Source: the human T2T-CHM13v2.0 reference genome, Homo sapiens. Taken from it: a DNA stretch of 64,000 bases. The translations under genes and the position numbers were made by a program. The notes under the pieces are model-generated. The model was not told the DNA's origin and made no database searches. It saw only the letters and a list, made by a program, of their open reading frames with translations. The stretch is from the NCBI RefSeq assembly GCF_009914755.1, contig NC_060929.1; one strand, given 5' to 3'. Below are positions 53,654-64,000 of this stretch, piece by piece (the first letter of the stretch is position 1; the number at the start of each line of letters is the position of its first letter).

Positions 53654-53967
53654 GAAGTGTAACACACATAAAGCATAGTATTCTATATACTATAGTATAC
53701 TATACTGTATAGTATAGTATACTATACTAAAGCATAGTATTCTAAGTGTTCAACGCAATGAGTTTTAACAAGTGGATGTACCTGTGTAATCCATACTTAA
53801 AGAACCCCAGAATATTATCAGCATCCTAGATATCTTTTTGGGCCTGCTTTCTGCCTAATACGCACACCACCTCTTCCCGAATAAACAGAATTCTAACTTC
53901 TCACATCCCAGATTATTTCTGACTTTTTCAGCTTTATATAATAACATTGAATCATAAACAGGTTGAG
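53654..53967 (+). repeat. Dispersed duplicate of 52455-52708 carrying a 59-bp internal expansion
   Basis: Long identical stretch TTTTAACAAGTGGATGTACCTGTGTAATCCATACTTAAAGAACCCCAGAATATTATCAGCATC in both copies. Confidence 0.93.
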
Positions 53968-54932
53968 GTTTTTGGAGTCATGTTTAAGAAATCTTTGCAT
54001 GCTCGAAGGAGATGAACGTATTTGCCTGTGTTTTTTTCTAGATGCTTTATTGTCTTTTTCTTTTAGACGTACATATGGAATTGATTTTTGTGAAAGGAGC
54101 AAGGAAGAGGTCAAGATTCATTTAAAAACAATGTCCATATCTAGTTGACCCATTTCCGTCAAGTAAAGAGCTCATATTTTTCATACATGTGTGAGTTTGT
54201 TACATCTCACTTCTGTCCCATTAGTCTACTTGTCTATCTTTACATTAATTCTCAATGTATAATAGCACGACTAATTGTTCTTCAGTAGGACCTGTCTCTT
54301 TTTCACTAGTGAAATTGATACTTTGTGACCTTTTTCATTTGTTCAGTCTTCTTCCAGTCTATCAATTTTGTTAATCTTTCCAAGAACTAATTTTTCATTT
54401 TTTTTCCTGAAGTCTTACGTTGTACCTTTGCTTTTGATTTCATTAATTGTGTCCTATTTTTTTTTTCTGTCTTTTCAGGTTTAACTTTTTGTCTTTTCTA
54501 ATTTCTTGAGGTAGATACTTAAATAATTCTTCTCAGTCTTCTTTTTTAATATAAGCATTTAAGGTTACAGATTTCCCTCCAAGCATAACTTCAGCTACGT
54601 GTCACAAATTGTTATATGACCTGTCTGCATTTGATTTCTTCACTAGCATATTGTGAAGACATATTTCCACATAAATGTCAACTTTTACAGTTTTTCTAGG
54701 GGTTAGTAATTTTTTGATTTAGTTCCCTTGAGAGAACATACTCTGAATGAATTCAGTCATTTGAAATGAGGCTCGCTTTTTGATTCAGCATATGGTTTCA
54801 GATTAATGTTCTATGTTCACTTGAAAGGTATATATATATAATTCATATATATAATTCATAATTCTAGATATGCATACACCAATTTCTAATGAATTGATTA
54901 CTGTATTATTACGAAATGTCTGTTATCTTTGA

Positions 54933-55175
<243 letters not shown>

Positions 55176-56310
55176 TGATCCTCCTGCCTCAGCCTCCCAA
55201 AGTTTTGGGATTACAGGCGTGAGCCACTGCGCCCAGCTGATACTTCTTGTCTTAAAATCTAGTTTGTCTGACATCAGTTTTCTTTTGATTAGTGCTAGTG
55301 TGGTAAAGCATTTTGTATTCTTCTACTTTCAACATTTCTGTATTCTTACATTTAAGATACATCTCTTATAAGTGGGTTTTATTGTTTCATATAGCCTGAC
55401 ATCTTAGTCTTTTAGTGATTGTCCTAAAGATTACAACATGTATCATTGACTTATTACAGTCTACTGAAAATATTTACTTTTACTATTTCCCTAACAATTC
55501 TAGGAACTTAGAACATCTGAACTTCACTTATCCTTCTGCTTTTTGCATTATTGCTCTGCATGTTTATTATACACTTTTTTTTTTTTTTTGACATGGAGTC
55601 TCACTCTGTTGCCCAGGCCGGAGTACAGTGCTACAATCTCGGCTCACTGCAACCTCCGACTCCTGGGTTCATGCAGTTCTCCTGCCTCAGCCTCCCAAGT
55701 GGCTGGGATTACAGGTGTGTGCCCCCATACCCAGCTAATTTTTGTGTTTTTAGTAGAGATGAGGTTTCACCATGTTGGGGAGGCTGGTCTTGAACTCCTG
55801 ACCTCAAGTGATCCACCCGCATCTGCCTCCCAAAGTGCTGGGATTGTAGGCATTAGCCATCGTGCCGGCCTATTGTACACATTTTAATATTCATTAGATA
55901 TTACTGCTTTGTACAGTCAATGTTTGTTTACACATGTATTTACTCTTTATGATGCTCTTCACTTTATGCTGCATTTCCATTCTTTCCTGTAGGTTAGGAA
56001 CTTTTTAACTTTTTTTTTTGGCCTGTGTAACTTCTTTTAGTCCTTTTTTTTTTTTTTTTTTTTTTTTGGTAAACGTCAGTTGTCAAATATACTTTGTATT
56101 TATCTGAAAATGTACTTGTTTTTGTTTTTGAAGGATATTGTTTCTGTGCATTAGATTCTAGATTCACAGTTACTTTCTTTCAGAAATTTGAAGATATTCC
56201 ATTCTCTCTGCTTTCCAGTATTTTTGTTGCAAAGTTAGCAAAAATTTTTTATCTGTTTCTTTGAATATAATGTCTTTCTGTTTTGACTACTTTTAAGATT
56301 TAGTTTTGCC

Positions 56311-57731
56311 AAAGAACGAAACTGGAGGCATCATGCTACCCAACTTCAAGCTATACCACAGAGCTCCTGTAACCAAAATAACATGGTACTGGTACAAGAA
56401 CAGAGACATACACCGATGGAACGGAATAGAGAACCTGGAAATAAGACCTCACACCTACAACTATCTGATTTTTGACAAACTTGACAAAAACAAGCAATGG
56501 GGAAAGGACTATTAAATGGTGCTGGGATAACTGGCTAGCCATATGCAGGTTGATTGAAACTAGACCCTTTCCTTACACCATATGCAAAAATTAAGATGAA
56601 ATAAAACTAAAATATAACACCCCATACTATAAAAACCCTGGAAGACAACATAGGCAGTACCATTCAGGACATAGGCCTGGGCAAAGTTTCATGAGGAAGA
56701 TGGCAAAAGCAATTGCAACAAAAGCAAAAATTGGCAAATGGGATCCAGTTAAATGAAAGAGCTTCTGCACAGCAAAAGTAACTATCAACAGAGTAAACAG
56801 ACAACCCACAGAATGGGAGAAAATTTTTGCAAACTACATATCTGACAGAGGTCTAATATCCAGCATCTAGAAGAACTTAAAACACATTTACGAGGAAAAG
56901 AATCCATTAAAATGTGGGCAAAGGACATGAAGAGACATGTTTCAAAAGAAGACGTACTTGCGGGCAAGAATCAGATGAAATAAAGCTCAACATCACTGAT
57001 CATTAGAGAGATGTAAATCAAAGCCACAATGACACCAGTCAGCATGGGTGTTATTAAGAAGTCAGAAAATCACAGATGCTGGCGAGGTTGTGGAGAAAAA
57101 GGAATGCTTATACGCAGTTGGTGGGAGTGTAAATTAGTTCAACTGTTGTGGAAGACTGTGTGGAAATTCCTCAAAGATCTAAAGATAGAAATACCATTCA
57201 ACCCATAAATCTCATTAGTGGGTATATAACCAAAGGAATATAAATCACTCTATTATAAAGACACATGCACATGTATGTTCATTGCAGCACTCTTCACGGT
57301 AGCAGAGACATGGAATCAGTCTAAATGCCTGTCAATAATAGACTGGATAAAGAAAATGTGGTACATATATACCATGGAATACTATGCAGCCATTAAAAAG
57401 AACAAGATTATGTCCTTTGCGGGGACATGGATGAAGGTGGAAGCCATTATCCTCAGCAAACTAATGCAGGAAGAGAAAAGTCAAATACTGCATGCTCTCA
57501 CTTATAAGTGGGAGCTGAATGATCTGAACACATAGAGGGGAACAACACACACTGGGGCCTAATTGAGGGTGGAGGGTGGTAGGAGGGAGAGGACCAGGAA
57601 AAATGACTAATAGGTACCAGGCTTAATACCTGGGTGATGAAATGATCTGTACAATAGACTCCCATGACACACATTTACTTATGTAACAATCCTGCACATG
57701 TACCCCTGAACTTAAAAGTTGAAAAAAAAAA
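56311..57731 (+). mobile_element. 5'-truncated L1PA (ORF2 C-terminus, 3'UTR, A-tail), sense to RASA1
   Basis: Peptides [11 protein letters not shown]...WYWYKNR and MFIAALFT...WIKKMWYIYTMEYYAAIKK; degenerate TSD ATTTAGTTTTGCC / ATTCAGTCTTGCC. Confidence 0.93.
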
Positions 57732-57974
57732 TTCAGTCTTGCCTTTGGTTTTTAGCATTTTTACTATGATATGCCTAGATGTGGCCTTTTTTTTAAGAAA
57801 AAAAGAAAAATCTTGCTGGGGTATATAGAATGCTTGAATCTTTGCCTTAACATTTTTCATTGAGTTTGGAAGATTCTTGACCATTTTTTCTTCATACTTT
57901 GCTTTTGTTCTATTCTCTATTGCCTCCTTTCTCGTACTGTACATGTATGTCTGCGTACCCTCCGCCACCTCCCC

Positions 57975-58272
57975 TTTTTTTGAGACAGGGTCTCACTCTG
58001 TCACCCAGACTGGAGTGCAATGGTACGATCATAGCTTACTGCATACTTGAACTCCTGGGCTCAAGCAGTCCTCTTGCCTCAGCCTCCTGAGTAGCTGGGG
58101 ACTATAGGTGTGCGCCACTGTGTGCAGCGTATTTGTTTTAGAAAACCTTTTTTGTAGAGTTGGGGGTCTTGCTTTGTTGTCCAGGCTGGTATTGAACTCC
58201 TGGCTTCAAGGATCCTCCCTCGTCAGCCTCCTGAAGTGTTGGGATAACAGGTGTGAGCCACTTTGCCCAGCC
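57975..58272 (-). mobile_element. AluJ
   Basis: Alu consensus. Confidence 0.9.
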
Positions 58273-58465
58273 CGTTAGTCATTTTTTAAAAAACGATGTC
58301 CCATTCATCTTTTGTATTCTTTTCTGTATTTTCTTTTTTTCTGCATTACGGTTTGACAGGTATAACTTTTCTGTATTTTCTGTCCTTGTTTTCTTTTTAT
58401 GCTCTAGTAAGTGTATTTTCTATGAAACTTTGCAAATTATTAGCTTCTTAAAAATATGCCTAATC

Positions 58466-58566
58466 TGAGGCAGGAGAATGGCGTCAACCCGGGAGGCGGA
58501 GCTTGCAGTGAGCCGAGATCGTGCCACTGCACTCCAGCCTGGGCAACAGAGCGAAACTCTGTCTCA

Positions 58567-58598
<32 letters not shown>

Positions 58599-58600
58599 CA
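58466..58600 (+). mobile_element. 5'-truncated AluY-like element with a (CAA)n tail
   Basis: GAGAATGGCGT...GAGCTTGCAG; TSD TGCCTAATCTG on both sides. Confidence 0.9.
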
Positions 58601-59293
58601 AAACTGCCTAATCTGCTGTTAATATTATATTTAGCTCTTAATTTTACAAATTTGATTACTTTTTAAATATTCAAATTTTATCATTAAATTCCATCTTTAT
58701 TTTGTGTTTTCCTGTATTTTCTTGAATAACTGTTATAGCCTTCTGTCTGTAATTTTAAAATTTATTCCCCTTTGGGTCTGACATTGATAATTTGTGACTT
58801 TTTCTTCTTTGATCAGTCTTAACAAAATGTTGACTTTAATAGTCTCTCCAAGAACCAACTTTTGTTTTTTTCCTGAAGTTTTATATCTTTGTTTCATTGA
58901 TTTACTTGTTTGTCTTCTTGTATACTCTCTCGGCGTGCGTTACATTTTAATTAAATGCCAGACATTGTGTTTGACAATTTTATAGGTTATCTGAATGATC
59001 ATTTGCTGTAGAGGATGGACGGCTTAGCCACTCCTGTGTTAGGCAGATAGAATGCAGTTAGATCACCTTAATCACAAAACTTTTGAATACTGCAGTTTGC
59101 TATGCAGTCTTTACTTAGCTTCTTATCTGTGTAGCTTCACAATTCAGTAGATATCGCTGGAGGGAAATAGTTAAGCCTGTGGTTCAGTTCTCTGTTTCTT
59201 TTTTATGACCAGAATCCTGGCCCTTCAAGTCTCTTAATATTTGTCTCACCAGCTTTGTGAGACTGTTGAAAGTTCTGCTGGATTGTTTTCCTC

Positions 59294-59352
59294 CTGAGAA
59301 TTCATGCAAAAGACCCAGACAGAAGACCTGGGTCTTTTGCATGAATTCTCAG
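59294..59352. repeat. Perfect 25-bp inverted repeat with a 9-nt loop
   Basis: CTGAGAATTCATGCAAAAGACCCAG (59294-59318) / CTGGGTCTTTTGCATGAATTCTCAG (59328-59352). Confidence 0.95.
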
Positions 59353-59780
59353 CCTCTTGCTTTGTGACCACAATATGCAAATAAATAGTTTGAGAGAAAA
59401 AGTGGCAGAGTGGCTGCTGAATGGCACCTTCTTTAGGATTCTACTTGTTTTGAAATGTTGGTTCCTTAAGTTCTGATTGCCTCCATATTGAGCTCTTGGA
59501 TGATTTAAACAGACTGATCTTTTTATTTTTTATTTTTTGTGTTTTATTTGTCTTTTCTAGCAGTTCTTGATTGGAGATTATTCTGCTGCAAGTAATGTGA
59601 CAAGTATTATAACTATTATTAAAAAACAAAATAATGAACAATATAGGAAAAAGTCTTTACTCCCTCATACCTCCATAATCTCACTGTTCTTGGTAGTAAC
59701 CATTGCTGTTGTGTATATATATGTATAATGTACATGCATTTGTATAACACATAAGTATACGTTTACCTATGTGTAACATA

Positions 59781-60088
59781 CAGTAATGTTAGCATAATGA
59801 CATTTTGGTCAGTCCTATAGGATTATAATGCCATATTTTTATTGTGTCTTTTCTGTATTTAGATATGTTTAGATACACAAATACCACTGTGTGAAAATTG
59901 CCTATAGTATTCAGTATAGCAATATGCTGTACAGGTTGGTAGCCTAGAAACAATATGCTATACCATGTGTAGTAGGCCATGGCAGTTAGATTTGTGTATG
60001 TATACTTTATGATGTCTGCACAATGATGAAATTGCCTGAAGATAAATTTCTTAGAATGTATCCCTGTCGTTAAGCAATGCATAAGATT
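59781..60088. mobile_element. Tigger3a/Golem-type MITE
   Basis: TA|CAGTAATG...TTTCTTAGAATGTATCCCTGTCGTTAAGCAATGCAT. Confidence 0.82.
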
Positions 60089-60249
60089 AAGTTTTCTAAT
60101 AGGCAATGTATATTTTCACAGAGGGGAAAAATACAACATATTAAAAAAGGTACTCTTTAATTAAAAAGATCCCTTTCTGCCACTGGCTCTCAGTTTCCCA
60201 GTTAGACTTTCTAGGGTCAATACCAATTCTGTATATATTGGTTTATTTA

Positions 60250-60560
60250 AGGGATGACATTTTTAGAACCTGTCTTATCCCAGGCACTATTTTAGGTGGT
60301 TAGGATACATGAATAAACAGATTAAGATGACTGTTGCTCTGTAGGTTATATTTTGCAGAGAGGAGACATACAATAAATATGATACATACATAAATAGTAT
60401 AGAATTCTAGAAGGTAGTAAGTGCTATGGCAAAAAGAAAAGAGCAATCAGACAGGATAGTAGGGCACTGGAGAGGAGAAGTTGCCATTTTAAATAGGGTA
60501 GTCAGTATAGGACTCATTGAGTGACATTTTTGTGCAAAGACTTGAAGATAAGTATATGGT
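60250..60560 (-). mobile_element. L2 fragment
   Basis: CCAGGCACTATTTTAGGTGG...GGGTAGTCAG...GTGACATTTTTGTGCAAAGACTTGAA. Confidence 0.65.
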
Positions 60561-61779
60561 AATACACACAGTGTGTTTGTGTACTTCTGAATGTTTAAAC
60601 TGCCTTGCTCTTTTAAGTAACCACATAGTTTTCTATTGGATGTACATAATTTATTTACTCTTTAGTGATTAAGTTTTATCTAGTCTTATGATACTGTAAA
60701 CAGCCACAGTGATGATCCTTTCTTGTGTTATGTGAGCACATGCACATCTTGTATTTTGCCTGCTTTCATATATTTTGTACTGTCAAATCTCAGTCTTTGT
60801 ATATTTCTTTGATTTTTGGTTTTTGTTTTGGCTTTTAAGCAAAGATTATCATATATCAGTATTTTATATATAAACCTATAGTTTTTATAGTATTAAAAAA
60901 ATACTTTAACTTGTTTAACATTTAATTTGGCATGGTTTGGGATTCTAAGTTGATAACTTTCCAAGCATCTTACTGAATGTTGTATCAGTATTTGTTGAAT
61001 ATTTTTTGTGATATGCTTTCTATTATACATTAAATTTTTATATGTGATAAGATCCTTTTTTAGGATTTATGTTTATGTGCTAGTTGAAAGCTCTTCTACT
61101 TGTTGGGTGACTTGGAGGCAGGGCTTTACCAGGAAAAAGAAGAAAGAGAGGTAATATAATGTTTTGACTACAGGAAAGACTTCTGTTGTTGGTTGGGGCA
61201 AGTAATGTCAAGCAGTTTGTTGCTTTTGAAGATCAATTGACTGCTTTGAGGTTGATTTCTTTGTGAATAACTTTAAGTTATATGTAAGACATTCCTAAAT
61301 TTCTGAAATTGTGTTAAAGATGAGGATCATAGCAAACTATCAAGAAGAAAATAAGGAATTTTAAAAAAGAATTCCATAGATGTGTGATTCATCTAAAGAA
61401 AAATTACTAATCAAAAGAGACTAGAATTTATCATCAAAATATTTGCAAGCAAAGGAAAGATGCAAAGCTAGTAAGTTAAATCTGAAATATGTCAATAGAA
61501 TATGAGAGTTGAATTAAGAAATTATTTAGAAATAACTTATTTCCTGAGTTATTTTTTGCAATCGAGTTATCTTACTTGAAAACAATGGCCACCAAAAATT
61601 TACAACTAATGGAGTCTGAGTAGGCTTTGCATAAAGAAGTAGGAAGGAATTAAAATTTTGTTACAATATTCGTGATGGTCTTGTTTTTCATGTAAGCGCT
61701 GACAGACTTAGTTAAGATTGTTCAAGAAAGTGGTTGGAATGGCTTTCCTGGTATTGATAGTCTCTTCTAGTCTGCTTTC

Positions 61780-63685
61780 ACTAGAGTTCCAAACCATGGG
61801 GTTCCCTGAGGCCCTTTCAAGAAGTCTGTAAAGTCAAATAATTTTCATAATACTAATGTATTATTTGCCATTTTCAGTTTCTTGACATTTGCACTATGGT
61901 ACAAAGCAAAAACTTCTGATGCCTTAGTATAAATTAATGTAGTAATTGCATTAATGTACCAAATGATTCATTATCAAGTAATTTATGCATCAAACTATAC
62001 TAGTAATTGTTGTATTCTTTGCTGCCACATAGCTGCAGAAAAAAATAAAGCCAGTTCCAGTTAAGAATGTCTTTGATAGAACAGTAAAAATTATTAATTT
62101 TATTAAGTTGCAGTCCTTGAGTATATGTCCTTTTAGTATTTTGTGGGTTGAAATGGAAAGAACACATAATACTATATTCTGACGTGCAATGTCTTGAGAA
62201 AAAATAGTTATGCGATTATTGAGTCGATATCTGAACTAGCCACTTCTTTTATGACACATTAGTTTTACTTTGAAAAATAGCTGACAAACTATGGTTATTT
62301 AGATTTCAGTATATGGCAGACATTTTCTTGAAAAAGAACAAAGTGAGCCTGTCACTTCAAGGAAAAAAACTGGCAGTATCTGGTGCTTTCAGGCGATATT
62401 TAAATTTTCAAGCAAAAATTAGAATTTTGGAGGCTTTGTATCTACAACTGTGACTTTGAGGGTTTCCCAAATACTTAATGACTTTTCTGATGAGATTGAT
62501 GGTTGTCAGAAGTCTCTGAGACCAACCTCAGGTTCAGTGATTTTCTAGAAGGACTAACAGAACATGGCAAAACTGTTATACTCACAGTAATAATAGTTTA
62601 TTATAGCAAAAGGCTACAGTTTAAAATCAGCAATTGAAAAAGGTGCATAGGGCAGAGTCCAGCAGAGATTAGATGCAAGCTTCCAGTTGCCCTCTCCCAG
62701 GGGAGTCATAGAGACAGTGCTTAACTGCCGCTCACAGCAGCAGTATGTGACAACACGTGTCAAGTATTGCCAACCAGGAGAACTCACCTGAGTCTTGGTG
62801 TCCAGGGATCTTTTGGGTATCTTTCATGAAGGTCTAAAGTGCCCACGTCGCTGACTTTAGTAACTCCATCTGTTTGACTCCAGAGGTCAGACTGATACTG
62901 CATGGACCAAGGCCCCTCCCATAAATTACATTGTTAGCATAATCTGTATGGTGTGGCTGAAGGCTTTCAGTAAACAAAGGCACTCTTATTAAGCAGGATA
63001 TTTCAAGGGCCTTGGGTGGGCAAGGGCCAAACCTTCCTTTGGAATATCCAAGGTGTGGACAACCTAGCCCTACTGGGTTATTAATCCTTTACTGCATACT
63101 GGTGATATATAAGGAATGTAATGTTTTGATAATGTAAATGAAATGTGTTAATATCTGGAAGATCTGCATAGCTCAGTGAAGCAGTATTTTTCAGATGATC
63201 ACTGCATGATGCAACCTATGATATGCATCAGTAAATGATAGACCAGTGGATTTTAATGGAATAGAATACAAATGTTATTATACATGTGGTCAGATTCTAC
63301 ATTTCATTTAACTTATATGTAACTTTAGTAAGTAATAGTCTTCATATACTATGAATCAAAGCAATATAGAGCAACATATTGAATGCAGAAACAGATAAGG
63401 AAATCTGTCTTCTGTTAAGTTAGATAGTAAACATTTGTACAAAAATGTAAATTGGTGCTGCTCTTCTCATAAATTTTTTTTGGAGAATATATTTTACGTG
63501 AAGAATATGTTATCTGTATTAACAGTTACTCCATTATGTGTAATTTTTAAATTAATTTCTAAACATTTAAGATTTTCTGAGTTCTAATTTCTAATACAGT
63601 AAATATTGACAGCTATAACCTACAGAAACAGAAGTTCTTTAGGGGCCAGCAATTTTTTAAACATCTGAACGGGCCTAGAGACCTT
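61780..63685. mobile_element. Charlie1-type hAT transposon remnant interrupted by a MER21-family LTR (62504-63098)
   Basis: Charlie-like AAACTATGGTTATTTAGA...GGCAGACATTTTCTTGAAAA; LTR TGTCAGAAGTCTCTGAGACCAACCTCAGG...CTTTACTGCATA. Confidence 0.72.
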
Positions 63686-64000
63686 TTCGCTGGGTCTCCT
63701 CTTTCTGGGCTAGAGGTTATCGAAGGATGAGATGAACAACTAAACTAAGGGAAAGATAGTTTGCAACTGGAATCTCAGGGATATCTGGAACTGGGGATGT
63801 GAATGCTACCATGAATCTTCATTTCCATCTCTTCATCTGTTTGGTCCTCTCAGCTTCATTCTTTCTTCTTATACACAGGCTCCTCAGAGTACTGGAAAAT
63901 CTAGCAAACAAATAAACAAGAACTCTTTCTTTGATCTTGCATCCTAAATCTTTCGCTATCAGAGAAAAAAACAGATTTGTTAGTATGAGTGTGAAAAAAA

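Overview
Human (primate) genomic DNA, rich in Alu, L1 and LTR elements. It contains the CpG-island promoter, 5'UTR and first coding exon of RASA1 (p120 RasGAP) on the + strand: ATG at 19575, donor after 20113. The first ~44 kb of intron 1 follow, and no second coding exon is visible. About 18.5 kb of upstream sequence is transposon-rich. The only credible protein-coding sequence is RASA1 exon 1 plus short alternative N-termini: MKG from a donor 65 nt downstream, and a candidate cassette exon at 20284-20410. The other ORFs I examined come from Alu, L1, LTR, simple-repeat or GC-island sequence, or are unrecognised short ORFs. I found no evidence of a wholly new gene system. The most interesting signals are a dense translational/splicing control module around RASA1 exon 1 (uORFs, a G-quadruplex, alternative donors, a poison-like cassette), a U6-L1 chimeric retrocopy with TSD, a MER85 piggyBac MITE with a perfected palindrome, two isolated perfect hairpins, nested AT palindromes, and a templated duplication with a snap-back insert. 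Repeat subfamily names come from recalled consensus sequences, and repeat boundaries are approximate unless TSDs are quoted.
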